A DNA stretch of 61,520 nucleotides, counting the filler. It is 7 parts of 7 records of this genome, joined end to end, with 100 filler letters (N's around TTAATTAATTAA, not from the genome) between each part and the next. Parts side by side here need not be neighbours in the genome. Positions count along the whole stretch, not along the records: positions 1 to 7,621 come from SRR2962707_5283; positions 7,722 to 15,212 come from SRR2962707_5293; 5 more parts are not named here. One strand, 5' to 3'. The number at the start of each line of letters is the position of its first letter. Positions within the stretch are counted from its first letter, which is position 1. Made by a program: the position numbers and the translations under genes. The notes below the pieces were generated by a model, which had not been told where the DNA came from, did not search any database, and saw nothing but the letters and a program-made list of their open reading frames with translations. This document shows positions 1 to 11,549 of this stretch, one piece after another.

Positions 1-26
1 AACAACAACAACAACAACAACAACAA
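1..26. repeat. (AAC)n microsatellite at contig start
   Basis: Tandem aac units seen directly. Confidence 0.95.
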
Positions 27-154
27 AACGTTTTGATTTTCGCTGCAGTTTGTAGTGCTTAACGACACCGATTCGATTCAACTCAACACCAGCGAACCCG
101 CGAAAGGTGACGAGAAAAAAACGCGACGACGAAGAGCGCGCCAACGGTCGTCGG

Positions 155-3100
155 ATGTCGGACGTCGAGCCCACGAAGGCTGTCGACGAAGGCCGTGGCT
201 CTGAAGAGGAAACCGAGACTTCAGCAATGAGCAACAGCGAGCCGAAGGTGCACCCTGGTGACGGCGCCGCCGCTGCTGCTGCTGCCGTCAACGAGGACAA
301 CGTTGACACCAAGCGTGACCCCGACGTCGACACCAAGCGTGACCAGCCGGAGACGGAGCAGCAGCAAGAGAAGCTGGAAGCACCAGCTGCTGCAGAAGTC
401 GAAAGCGGCGGCGACGGAAAGGAAAAGAAGAAGAAAGGCGGGAAAAAGGGCGCACCGGCAAAGGACATGGCCCCGCTCTCGGCCCTTTTCCGCTTTGGCG
501 ATCCGTGTGACGCGTTCATGATCTTCATCGGAATCATCGGCGCCATCGGCAGCGGAGGAGTGCTTCCCGCTTTCTCGCTGCTGTTTGGCGACCTGATCAA
601 CAGCATCAACGATCCTGACCCATCTGTTGCGGCGGACGCTGTGCGTGACATCGCCCTCAAGTATCTCTGGGTCGGCCTCGGCATGTTTGCGGCGGGGTAC
701 TTCCGCGTGTTCGGGTTTACAGCGTCGGCGAAGCGCCAAGCCCACCGGTTTCGCATGAGATACTTCAAAGAAATGCTGCGCCAAGATGTGGGCTGGCACG
801 ACCTGACACCAGGCAAGGAGTTCACCTCCAAGCTCAGTGACGCGACTGAAAAGTTCGAGGACGCGATCAGCACCAAGCTTGCGGATGTCATTTCGTACAT
901 CGCAGCGTTCGTTGTCGGGCTTGTCATCGGGTTCGTGACCAACTGGAAGCTGACGCTCGTCATAGTTGCGCTCTTTCCGATCGCGGGCGGCCTTGGAGCC
1001 GGCTTCGGGCGCGTTATGGCAAGCGCTTCGGCCGCAGGTGCCAGAGCTTACGCGACCGCCGGCGGAATCGCTGAGGAAGCTATTGGGTCCATTCGCACCG
1101 TCACTGCACTCAATGCTCAGGCTGACACGTACCACCTCTATGCCAGTCATTTGGACGATGCGCAGAAAATGTCTGCCAAGTCTGCCCTCAACGGCGGTCT
1201 TGTCTTCAGTAGCTTCAACCTGTTCCTGTACTGCTCGTACGCGCTTGCGTTCTGGTACGGGACAACACTTCTCATCGACCCCAACGAAGACCTTCAGGGT
1301 GGTGACATTCTCACGGTGTTCTTCTGCGTGCTGTTTGGTGCCGTCAACATCGGTCAGGCGGGGCCCTCCATTTCGGCCATTCAGGAAGCACAGGGTGTGG
1401 CTTTCGAGGCGTTCAAAGTCATCGACCGCGTCCCCGACATCGACATCGAGTCCGAAGAAGGAACTAAGGTGGCCGCCGAATCAACTGTCGGAACGCTGGA
1501 GCTTCGTGATGTGGAGTTCACCTATCCATCTCGTCCCGACACCAAAATCCTCAAGGGAGTCAGCTTTAACGTGCCAGCTGGGACCTCCCTTGCTTTGGTC
1601 GGCGGCAGCGGCTGCGGAAAAAGCACCTGCATGGCTTTGATCCAGCGATTTTACACCCCGACTGCAGGCCAGGTGCTGCTGGACGGCGTCGACATCAACA
1701 CCATCAATGTCACGTCCTTGCGAAGCCTCATTGGGATTGTCTCTCAAGAGCCGACCCTCTTTGCAACCACCATCATGGAGAATATCAAGCTTGGCGCTGG
1801 GGCTCAGCGCATGCCTACGGATGAGGAAGTGATCGCTGCAGCCAAAGACGCAAACATTCACGACTTCATTTGCTCTCTCCCGGAAGGTTATGCCACGAGT
1901 GTCGGAGATCAGGGCATCCAGCTCTCCGGCGGCCAGAAACAGCGCGTTGCGATTGCACGGGCCTTGCTGCGCAACCCTAAAATTCTCCTTCTCGACGAGG
2001 CAACCTCTGCACTCGATACCCAAAGTGAACGCATCGTGCAAGCTGCTCTGGACAACTTGATGGCTGATCGCACGACGATCATGATCGCGCACCGCCTGTC
2101 CACCGTGAAGAAGGCCACCCACATCATCGTCATGGACCAGGGCACAATTCTCGAACAAGGCTCTCACGAGGAATTGGCTGCCAAAGAAGGTGGCGTCTAC
2201 GCTGAAATGGCCCAATTGCAAGCCCTTCACGAGTCCGAGGGCAAGGGCATTCAGAACCTCCCCACCGAGGTTCACGAGGAGCAGCTGCTCGCTGATAAAA
2301 TCGAGCCGACTGACACTGTCACGAGTGCAGCGCGCAAGGAATCCGAAAGTGGGGCAGCTGTTCTTTCGCCAGAGGCGGCCAAAGCTGCAAAGATCGCAGA
2401 AATGCAGAAGAACAAGCGCCGCCAGGGCAAGCTCATGAAAATGGCATTTTCCAACTGCGGCGAAGTCGCACAACTTTTAGTTGCTTGTTTGATGGTTCGT
2501 TTGGGCCAGCATTTGCGCCGTTTTCTGAAACTTGACCGTGTGGCGAATGTGTTTCCCCTCTTTTCGTCTTCACTCACTCCGTCCCTTGTATTTTTGCCAG
2601 GCTGCGGTCGCCGGTTCTATTCAGCCCATATTCTCAATCGTCTTCACGGACATTCTGGCAGTTTTTTTCAAATGTACTCCCATCGTCATCCCATACCCAG
2701 ATGTTCGTGATTTGCTGTTCACACGATATTTGGGGCGAATTGAACTTCTATGAATGCATCTCAACACCCGACTGCTGGCGTGCTTTTCCGCTAGGTGTCC
2801 GACCCCTCCACGTACTATGGGTGCGACACAGACTTTCTTTCGCAGCTGTTCGAAAATTCCTCCAGCGTTGACTTGACGCAGCTGACAGACCCGACATCAT
2901 CCTGCACTACCGATTTGGACACGTGCAATTCAGAATTGCAATCCGATGCCACATTGTTCTCCCTGTACTTTTTGGCCATCGGAGTGTCTGCCGCCGTTGG
3001 TTCGTTCACGGATGCTGCTTGTACTGTCACTCTCAGTGAAATGCCCACGTATTTCAAAGTTCGCCCAAAGTGACGTTGTTTTTTTGCAAATGATTTCCTA

Positions 3101-6057
3101 CTTTGCAGCCATTTTCCTCCAAAGCTACTTTTTTGGAGTGATTGGTGCCATGCTCACCAAGCGTCTTCGCCAAGCCAGCTTTGAGGTGAGCGCGTGGTTC
3201 CGCTGGGGACGCTGCCAACCAATTGACAAATTTGGCCGCTGTGCCTGGTTTCTAGTCTGACCTTGCTGAATTTGCTTCCGTCACACCCTCATAGTCCATT
3301 TTGAAACAAGACATTGCGTTTTTTGATGACGAAAAGAACTCAACAGGTGGGTTGTCGCACTTCTCGCAACGCTTGCGATTTGCCCGTGCCCCACATTCCT
3401 TTATGTAGCTTTGTGTGCTTTTGTCAAAGGTGCTCTCACAACTAGGCTGGCCACTGATGCGGCCATTGTGGAGGCAGCAGTTGGAAAGAACATTGGCATG
3501 TATGTGCAGAACACGTGCACGATCATTGTCGCTCTCATCATCGCCTTCGTGGCAGGATGGGAGCTCACTTTGCTGATGCTGGGGCTCCTTCCGTTCATGA
3601 TCATCGGCAACGTAATCCGGACCAAAGTAAGTGCAGACTTACAATCAGTGTGTCGTGAATTGCTGGTTGCTGGTTGGCGTTCTGCTGAATCGTGCTCATG
3701 TACGACATCCAATGAACTCACAAATGCAGACGCGAATCGGGCCAACGTCGCTGAAAGAAGAAACCGAACATGAAGCCCTGGCAGGCCAGATCGTCAGCGA
3801 GGTTTGCTCGCAATAGTCCTTCTTCACTCGTTTTCTTGCTTCCTGCGAGGGCTTGTCGCGTGACCGATGTATATTTTGGTTGCTTGGTCCCGCAGTCTGT
3901 TCGCGGAGTACGCACGGTTGCAGCGTTTGGAATTCAGCCCAACGTTCTGAAGATGTACGATGACCTCGTCGGAAACACTTACAGAACGGTCAGCCTGAGT
4001 TATGCGTGTGCCTCCGACTTGTGGCTGCTGCGGCATTGCTTGCCCGGAACTTTTTCGGCATGGTTCTTATTTGGTTTTGCATGACACGCACACTGATTAA
4101 AGGCTTTGGGCAATGGCGCGTGCGCTGGACTTGCTTACGGATACTCACAATTCAGCATGTTTGTGATCTTCACAGCAGCATTCACATTTGCCGGTTAGTT
4201 TGCATTCACGTGTCGTGCCGCATGCACCTTGCTCAGCAGCAGACTTGTTCGTCAATGTCCTTTTGTTGGTATTCGTGAACGTAGCTTTCCTCATCGACGA
4301 AGGCATTCAGACTGCGCCCGATGTCATGCGCGTATTTTTCGTGCTTCTGCTTTCTGCGTTTTCCATCGGACAAGCCGTTGCACTAAACTCGGAGGTTCGT
4401 GGTGATTCGATGCCTTTGCCAAGCGTTTGGTGCTTCGCCAAGTCAGTTCGTCAATGCTTGGTACTTTACAATGTCCATTTGGCTGCGACGCAGGTGGCAC
4501 GTGGGCAGCAAGCCATCCCACGAATTTTCGACATTGTTGAACGTGAAAGCCAATGCGATCCTACATGCCCCGATGGAGTCGTCATCGCTGAGCCTGTCTC
4601 AACAGGCATCCAGGGGCGCATCGAGTTCAAGAATGTGCACTTTTCCTACCCATCGCGCAAGGGTTCCGTGTTGAAGGGCATTTCCTTCGTTGTTGAGCCA
4701 GGGCAGACAGTGGCTTTGGTGGGCAGCTCAGGGTGCGTTGGCGCCGTCAGCTTGGGGCCTTGAGTAGTTTCCGGCATCCCTGTGCTGATGGCAAGTTTGT
4801 TGGAACGTGTGCCCAGGTCTGGAAAGTCAACCATCTTCAGCCTTATCGAACGATTCTACAATCTCGACCCGGAAACCGGGGGAGAAATCCTCCTTGACGG
4901 GCGCCCAATCACAGATTACAACATCGCTACGCTGCGTCGAATTTTTGGGGTTGTCGAACAGGAGCCGCGGTTATTCGGTATGAATGGGACCGGTTGTTCG
5001 TTCGCACGTTCAGCCTCTTGCCGTGGTGCCTTGAGCTCGCATGATGGTATTGGCGCGCTACTGCAATGCAGGTACAACCATTCGCAAGAATCTGTTGTTG
5101 GGGTCTGAGGCTAGCACGTTTAGTGAAAAAGACAATGGTGAGGACGATGCGGATGGAGAGGGAGACGTTGAGATGCCTTCCACGAACGCCGTTGTGGAAG
5201 CTAATATCAATAAGGTATGCGCTGTCGCAGCTACCTCGAGAGCCATGTCGCTTGCGCAACTGACACTGAGTCTCACTTCATGTTGTTGTGCTCTGTTTTC
5301 CCGTGACCTCAGTGCCTTGAAGCTTCATCAGCTGCCAAGTTTGTGGAGCAACTGGACAATGGGCTAGAGACGCACGTAGGAGAGAACGGCAAAAGCCAAA
5401 TGTCTGGCGGTACGTGGTGTAGTATTTGCTTGAAACGAATCGCTCCCTTTGGTATCGTTTTGAGTTCAACGTGTGTAGAATGCTAATGCAGACGCTTTTG
5501 TTTTCTTTTGGTCCAGGCCAAAAGCAGCGAATTGCCATTGCCCGAGCGCTTTATCGCGACGCACCCATCATGTTGCTGGACGAGGTGGGTATTGGTGATT
5601 GTTGCGGTGCTGCAACTGAAACGATGCGCGTTTTTTGCTGGATGTGCAAGGCCCGCAGCCGCGCTTACGAGCAATGCTTTGCAAATTCGTTGTTGTATAT
5701 AAACAGGCTACGTCTGCCCTGGACAGTGAAAGCGAGAAACTGGTCCAAGAAGCTCTCAACCGCATCATGGCCGAGCGCACCACGCTGGTGATTGCGCACC
5801 GTTTGTCCACAATTCAGGCAAGTCTATTGGCGTCGATCTTCGTGACGTGTGGTGTTTGTGTTGTTGGTCCTTTCCTTTTGAGTGTTCTAACGTGAGCGAG
5901 TGTTTGCCTCTTCCCTCGTTTTTTGTCGCAGGACGCTGACAAGATCATTGTTATGCACAAGGGCGTGATTGTGGAGACAGGCACACACCAGAGCCTGTTG
6001 GCATTGGGAGGCAAGTACGCAGACTTATGCCGCGAGCAAAGTATGGCGACTGCTTGA
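155..6057 (+). CDS. Full-length ABCB/MDR (P-glycoprotein-like) transporter, spliced (~15 introns, all after 2494)
   Basis: TMD1-NBD1 in the first exon (Walker [35 protein letters not shown]). TMD2-NBD2 reconstructed across introns, e.g. 2495-2600, 4733-4817, 5585-5706, 5818-5931, giving [26 protein letters not shown]. Stop TGA at 6055-6057. First in-frame ATG is 155. One or two junctions near 2990-3110 are uncertain. Confidence 0.92.
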
Positions 6058-6319
6058 GTCGAGAGGCCGTTCACACTCGCAGGACCTTTGGACATCGACG
6101 CGGCCCTTCGTTATTCACGCGCATGCATGCATGCAATTGCAAGTAGTCCGGGTCCTTTTTTTTTTTTTCCTTCATTTCTGAAATTCGTTTCTTCTAACTT
6201 TAAAAGCCATAGTGTGCCTTCCACTTTATTGTACAAGTCAATTCACACGGTTCGCGTCTTTCCTGGTCGTGAGGACCCCTGCGCCAGAACTTGCGGAGCA
6301 AGTCAAAAAGTTTGGGGTC

Positions 6320-7525
6320 TCAGTACGCTCCACCCTGCGCCTGGATGTTTCCTGCCGCCCCGACAGAGCCGCAAGATCCTTCCACGTAGACTCCGTTCAC
6401 AGCCTCGCCGTTGGCGCGGGCGCGGGCCAGGAGAGCTGCCTGTGCACGCGGCACATTTTCCTGCTTCGCCATCCACGTGACAATGCAGGTCTTTTGCAGG
6501 GCCTTTCCAAACGAGAAGGAGAGCGTCCACGGCAAGCCCTTGTGCCGGCGGTTCATGTTGTTGAGGTTGCGCGTCGCCGTCTCCTCGTTGTCTTCTTCAA
6601 TGCGCGTTTCACCAGAGAGGAAGAAGATTCCGGGCATGGCCGGTGGCACCGTCCGCCGCAGCGTCTGCACCGTCAAGTCCGCGATCTCCTCCGGCGACGC
6701 TGGCGGGCCTTCCAGCCCGTTCTTAACCATGTTGGGCTTGAGCACCATGCCTTCGAGGTACACCCCATGCAGCTGGAGCGCCGCGAACTGCGCCTGCAGC
6801 ACCCGCTCCGTAACTTCCGCGCACACGTACACGTCGTGGGCGCCGTTGGGCACGATCTCCGGCTCGACAATGGGCACAAGCCGCTGGCGCTGGCAAATGG
6901 CGGCGTACCGAGCCAGCGAGTGCACGCACTCCGAAACTGCCGCACGCGACGGCAGCCCCTTCTCTGGGTCGATCTGCAGCACGTTGCGCCACTTGGCGAA
7001 CCGGGCACCCTGCTTGTACGCCGCGGCGCAGCGCGCCTCGAGCGTGTCCAGGCCGCGGCAGAAGGTCTCCGGGTGGCCTAGCGGGCCGACTGCCGTGTTG
7101 ACCATGCCGGCCTTGTCGTAGCCCTCGTCGACTTTGAGCCCGGGGATCATGCCGTTGGCGGTGATCAAGTCGACCATGCGGTTGCCGCGCGCGTCTTTCT
7201 GGAAGAGCGTCTCCTTGTGCAGGATCACGCCCGAGATGTGCTCCGAGAGCCCGGGCGTCACGTAGAGCATCGAGCGGTAGCTGGCGCGCGCCTCGATGGT
7301 GTCTGGGATCTTCGTGGCCTCCGAGTGGCCGCAGCGACCCCACGGACCGGCGGACTCGTCAGAGGCGAGGAAGCCCTTGCCTGGCTGGCAGAGGAACTTC
7401 GCGGTCTCGCGAAGCTCCGCGAGCACGTCATCGGGGAGCAGCGAGTGGCTCCCTCCACGCGCGATTTTGGCAGCGGCAGCAGCATGAGAACGAGGAGAGG
7501 AGGAGGAGGAGGAGGAGGAACTCAT
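6320..7525 (-). CDS. Fructose-bisphosphate aldolase, class I (divergent, intronless)
   Basis: GKGFLASDES, GLKVD, FAKWR, PIVEPEI, LKPNMV (Schiff-base Lys), FLSG and a C-terminal Tyr. Confidence 0.93.
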   Translation of the reverse strand: MSSSSSSSSSPRSHAAAAAKIARGGSHSLLPDDVLAELRETAKFLCQPGKGFLASDESAGPWGRCGHSEATKIPDTIEARASYRSMLYVTPGLSEHISGVILHKETLFQKDARGNRMVDLITANGMIPGLKVDEGYDKAGMVNTAVGPLGHPETFCRGLDTLEARCAAAYKQGARFAKWRNVLQIDPEKGLPSRAAVSECVHSLARYAAICQRQRLVPIVEPEIVPNGAHDVYVCAEVTERVLQAQFAALQLHGVYLEGMVLKPNMVKNGLEGPPASPEEIADLTVQTLRRTVPPAMPGIFFLSGETRIEEDNEETATRNLNNMNRRHKGLPWTLSFSFGKALQKTCIVTWMAKQENVPRAQAALLARARANGEAVNGVYVEGSCGSVGAAGNIQAQGGAY

Positions 7526-7621
7526 GTTGAGAGAGGGTTGGGTGAGGCAGCGAGCTGGGTGACACAGAAAGAGTTGGGAACGGCTGCACGGAAAACGCGG
7601 AAAAAAAAAAAAAAAAAAAAA

Positions 7622-7720
7622 NNNNNNNNNNNNNNNNNNNNNNNNNNNNNNNNNNNNNNNNNNNNTTAATTAATTAANNNNNNNNNNNNNNNNNNNNNNN
7701 NNNNNNNNNNNNNNNNNNNN
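7622..7720. other. Artificial contig spacer
   Basis: N-run + TTAATTAATTAA + N-run. Confidence 0.99.
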
Positions 7721-7929
7721 NAATCACGACAAGTTTCTCTGACAACGCCCAGACAGTACCTCGGGGTATCCCGGCGGCGGTCCCTTTCGATCATCATCAC
7801 TCACTTCTGCCCTTGCAAAACCGGGGCCGTCCACACATGATAGCACCCTTGTGATGCGGCAAGGCGGTCTCGGCGCTTTGAAACATAGCTAACCAACACC
7901 GCCCCCGACAAAGCTCTTTTGAGTAAATA

Positions 7930-9447
7930 TTAAGCGTCTTTTCCGGATGTGAAATTAAATTCCGCACCGGTCCTAATGCCCGATGGCCAGCGGGTAGTCA
8001 TCGTTTTTAAGCGCGTATAAAAACGAACACCTTCCATGCCATGAATATGGTGATCACCAAACAGCGAACGTTTCCATCCACCAAAGCTATGATAGGCAAC
8101 CGGCACTGGAATTGGCACATTGATCCCGATCATGCCAATTCTTGCTCTTGACCAGAAATCACGGGCAGCATCGCCGTCACGCGTGAAGATTGCTGCTCCA
8201 TTGCCATATTCATGATCGTTGACCATTTTGACAGCATCATCGTAACTTTTGCCGCGAACTACAGATAAAACAGGCCCGAATATCTCTTCTTGATAAATCG
8301 ACATGTCAGTTGTGACATTGTCGAATAAGCATCCGCCGATAAAATAGCCGCCCTCGTAGCCTTGGAGTTTTAGACCACGGCCATCGACAACCAAATTGGC
8401 GCCCTTTTCCAAACCTTGATCTATAAAGTTATTGATCTTGTCGAAACTCTGCTTTGAAATAACAGGGCCTAACTCTGAGTTTGGATCTGTGTACGGCGCC
8501 ACTTTGAGCGCACGGATACGAGGGGCCAATGACTCAATAAGTCTATCTGCAGTGCCCTCTCCGACAGGGACCGCCACAGAAATCGCCATGCAACGCTCGC
8601 CAGCAGAGCCGTAGGCCGAGCCGATAAGAGCATCGGTTACCTGATCCATATCGGCATCTGGCATAATGATCATGTGATTTTTAGCACCGCACAAAGCCTG
8701 CACGCGTTTTCCGGACGCCGTGCCACGCTTATAGATATATTCGCCAATCGCAGTTGATCCGACAAAACTGACGGCCTCTACCTTTGGATGGTCTAGCAAA
8801 GCATCAACAGCCTCTTTGTCGCCGTTTACAACGTTGAACACGCCTTCTGGCAACCCCGCTTCTGCGAGCAATTGGGCAATGCGCTGAACAACGGACGGAT
8901 CTTTCTCAGATGGTTTAAGAATAAACGTATTTCCGCATGCAATAGCCACTGGATACATCCATAGAGGCACCATTGCTGGAAAGTTAAAGGGCGTAATACC
9001 CGCTACGACACCAACCGGCTGACGTACCGAAAAGCTATCCACATTTGCACCAACTTGCTCTGAATAGTCGCCTTTTAGCGCTTGCGGAATACCCGAAGCG
9101 AATTCAACAACCTCAATGCCGCGGGCAATTTCGCCTTTTGCATCTGGCAGCGTCTTACCATGCTCAGCCGAAAGCAGTACGGCGAGTTCATCAATATTTT
9201 GTTTTAACAGATCGCGAAAATTAAACATCACTGTTGCGCGTTTTGCAGGCGGTGTTGCCGCCCAACCTGGAAGCGCTTTTGCAGCCACCTCAACAACAGC
9301 ATCAACATCATCCGCTGAAGCCAGCAGGACTTTACCGCTTACTTCACCTGTCGCCGGATTTATAATGTCGGATGTGCGTTTAGATGTACCCGTCCATGAT
9401 TTATTTGAAAGAAAGTGCGCAACTGTACCCATTATTTTTTTCCTCAT
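7930..9447 (-). CDS. mmsA: CoA-acylating methylmalonate/malonate-semialdehyde dehydrogenase
   Basis: GITPFNFPAMVPLWM, LKPSEKDP, FVGST, GAKNH, GSAGERCMA (catalytic Cys), EEIFGPV, GINVPIPVP. Confidence 0.95.
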   Translation of the reverse strand: MRKKIMGTVAHFLSNKSWTGTSKRTSDIINPATGEVSGKVLLASADDVDAVVEVAAKALPGWAATPPAKRATVMFNFRDLLKQNIDELAVLLSAEHGKTLPDAKGEIARGIEVVEFASGIPQALKGDYSEQVGANVDSFSVRQPVGVVAGITPFNFPAMVPLWMYPVAIACGNTFILKPSEKDPSVVQRIAQLLAEAGLPEGVFNVVNGDKEAVDALLDHPKVEAVSFVGSTAIGEYIYKRGTASGKRVQALCGAKNHMIIMPDADMDQVTDALIGSAYGSAGERCMAISVAVPVGEGTADRLIESLAPRIRALKVAPYTDPNSELGPVISKQSFDKINNFIDQGLEKGANLVVDGRGLKLQGYEGGYFIGGCLFDNVTTDMSIYQEEIFGPVLSVVRGKSYDDAVKMVNDHEYGNGAAIFTRDGDAARDFWSRARIGMIGINVPIPVPVAYHSFGGWKRSLFGDHHIHGMEGVRFYTRLKTMTTRWPSGIRTGAEFNFTSGKDA

Positions 9448-9504
9448 TAATTTTTCAAAATTCGCCCAAAGCCTGCCCTGTTCATAAAGGACAGATTGCT
9501 GCCA

Positions 9505-10863
9505 TCACCCGTAAGCGACAGCTGGCAACCATGTCGCAAGTTTGGGAAAGAAGAAGATCATCGTCACAACGATCAACTGAATGATCGCAAATGGTATGAT
9601 GCCTTTGTAGATCGTCATTGTATCAATGCCCTTAGGCGCAACACCCTTCATGTAAAAGAGCGCGAAACCGACAGGCGGGGTGATGAATGACGTTTGCAGG
9701 GTGACTGCAAACAGGATCGCAAACCAAACCAGATCAACATCCATACCCAGCAAGACCGGCGCGACGAGAGGCAACATAATGAGTGTGATTTCAATCCAAT
9801 CGAGCACAAATCCGAGAAGGAATGCGATAAAGAGGATGAAAAGAACAACACCATTTGGGCCAAATGGTAACGCAAGCAGCGAGTTCTCAATAAGCTCGTC
9901 ACCGCCAAAGCCTCGCAGCACAAGCGCGAAGGCTGTCGCACCCACGAAGAGTGCAAAAATATAGGATGTCGTTTTCATTGTGCCTTGCAAGACATCATTC
10001 AACGCACGAAACGAAAGACGCCCACGCATCAATGCTAAAAGCGTAGCGCCTAGAGCGCCCACACCCGATGCTTCCGTCGGTGTCGCGATGCCAAAGAAGA
10101 TACTACCCAGAACAGCAACGATTAGAATGATCGGCGGGATTGTTGACTTAATAACCCGAAATATCAAATCGAACGAGACCGGTTCTGCGTCCTTTGGTGC
10201 AGGCGCAACTGAAGGCCGAAACCAAGCGTAGACAAGAATAAAAATGGCATAGAGGGCACCGAGCAAAACACCTGGAACCATTGCGCCCATGAATAGGTCG
10301 CCAACTGATACCCGAATTTGATCGGCCATAAGCACCAACATGATAGATGGCGGTATCAAAATTCCCAATGTGCCTGTTGCGCAGACAACGCCGCACGCAA
10401 GGGCTGCATCATAATTGTGCTTGAGCATTAAGGGCACGCCAAGAATTGCAAGTAGTACAACGGCAGCGCCAATAATGCCGGTAGATGCCGCCAACAGGAC
10501 GCCAATAATCACGACAGTGACTGCAAGGCCGCCGCGCACACGGCCAAAGAGCTTGGCAAGATCCGTCATCAGATCTTCAGCGATACCAGACTTGTCCATC
10601 ATGATACCCATGAACACAAACATCGGCAGCGCAACCAATACCCAGTTGTTCATAACAGCGTAAATTCGTTCGACAACGATTGATGTGTATCCCCAATCGA
10701 CACCGAAGAAAGTGTCTAAATAATTATCTGATAGAACCGAAATCGCGGTGAATAAAATTGCTAGGCCACCCATCAACCATGCGACCGGAAAACCAGTAAA
10801 AATCATAACAACGAAGGTTACAAATAACGCAATCGCCATATATTGAGCTGGATCTGTAATCAT
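9505..10863 (-). CDS. dctM: TRAP transporter large permease
   Basis: Highly hydrophobic; GTLGILIPPS, GIATPTEA, TSFITPPVG motifs. Confidence 0.95.
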   Translation of the reverse strand: MITDPAQYMAIALFVTFVVMIFTGFPVAWLMGGLAILFTAISVLSDNYLDTFFGVDWGYTSIVVERIYAVMNNWVLVALPMFVFMGIMMDKSGIAEDLMTDLAKLFGRVRGGLAVTVVIIGVLLAASTGIIGAAVVLLAILGVPLMLKHNYDAALACGVVCATGTLGILIPPSIMLVLMADQIRVSVGDLFMGAMVPGVLLGALYAIFILVYAWFRPSVAPAPKDAEPVSFDLIFRVIKSTIPPIILIVAVLGSIFFGIATPTEASGVGALGATLLALMRGRLSFRALNDVLQGTMKTTSYIFALFVGATAFALVLRGFGGDELIENSLLALPFGPNGVVLFILFIAFLLGFVLDWIEITLIMLPLVAPVLLGMDVDLVWFAILFAVTLQTSFITPPVGFALFYMKGVAPKGIDTMTIYKGIIPFAIIQLIVVTMIFFFPKLATWLPAVAYG

Positions 10864-11465
10864 TGCTGCACGCCCTCATTTGTATTTAGCGGCCCATATA
10901 TCAACGTCGCGATGACCTTGATTAAACGTGAAACTCCGACCAGCAGCAGCAATGAAAAACCCAGACCTAGGCATCCTTTAATTGCCCATCGCGCTGACAA
11001 ACCATTCGCTGATGTGGACGTTTCGCCGGTTACCCAGGACAGATGAAAGAAACCCCATGAATGGTACAATACGAAACAAACGAAGGGTAAGAAGAGGACA
11101 AGAAGTCCAAACATTTCCAGCCAAAGCTGAATGCGTAAAGACAGGTTTTCGGAAACTACATCAACGCGCACATGTCCGTCCGCAATGAATGTATAAGACA
11201 AACCAATGAGCCAAGCTGCTGCGTAGATATACCATTGCAACTCTTCAAGCTCGATCATTCCTTGATTAAACGCGTAGCGCAAAACCACATTACCAATAAT
11301 CACAACCAAGAGAAACATCCACATCCAGCTTGCAATGGCACCAATTAGACCAACGAAGCCGTCAATCGCTTTGGTAAAACTGTTTTCTCTCATGCGGGGG
11401 ATATCATGATGCGCTGCGTCATCAACTGCATCTATAATGTTTTCAACATTCTCACTCTGGCTCAT
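10860..11465 (-). CDS. dctQ: TRAP transporter small permease
   Basis: Four TM segments, VVLRY, ELQWY, GHVRVD; 4-nt overlap with dctM. Confidence 0.93.
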   Translation of the reverse strand: MSQSENVENIIDAVDDAAHHDIPRMRENSFTKAIDGFVGLIGAIASWMWMFLLVVIIGNVVLRYAFNQGMIELEELQWYIYAAAWLIGLSYTFIADGHVRVDVVSENLSLRIQLWLEMFGLLVLFLPFVCFVLYHSWGFFHLSWVTGETSTSANGLSARWAIKGCLGLGFSLLLLVGVSRLIKVIATLIYGPLNTNEGVQQ

Positions 11466-11496
11466 TCGTCCCTCGCAATGTTTTGTTATTTAAATA

Positions 11497-11526
11497 GTCT
11501 GCCCCAACATTAGCGTTGGGACAGAC
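11497..11526 (-). terminator. Stem-loop between dctP and dctQ (partial terminator or mRNA stabiliser)
   Basis: GTCTGCCCCAAC-6nt-GTTGGGACAGAC inverted repeat just downstream of the dctP stop. Confidence 0.6.
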
Positions 11527-11549
11527 AATAAGGTTCTAAAAATTGCAGG

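Noticed and set aside
305-344. 16-bp direct repeat GACACCAAGCGTGACC spaced 24 bp apart
   Set aside because: Small in-frame duplication in a disordered N-terminal tail; no sign of function
221-2473. Long antisense ORFs over the ABC gene, and similar ones over FBA, the virion gene and the Cys-rich gene
   Set aside because: Shadow ORFs expected from codon bias; no recognisable motifs
2711-5931. Fragmented ABC ORFs as a pseudogene
   Set aside because: The breaks coincide with frame-restoring splice sites
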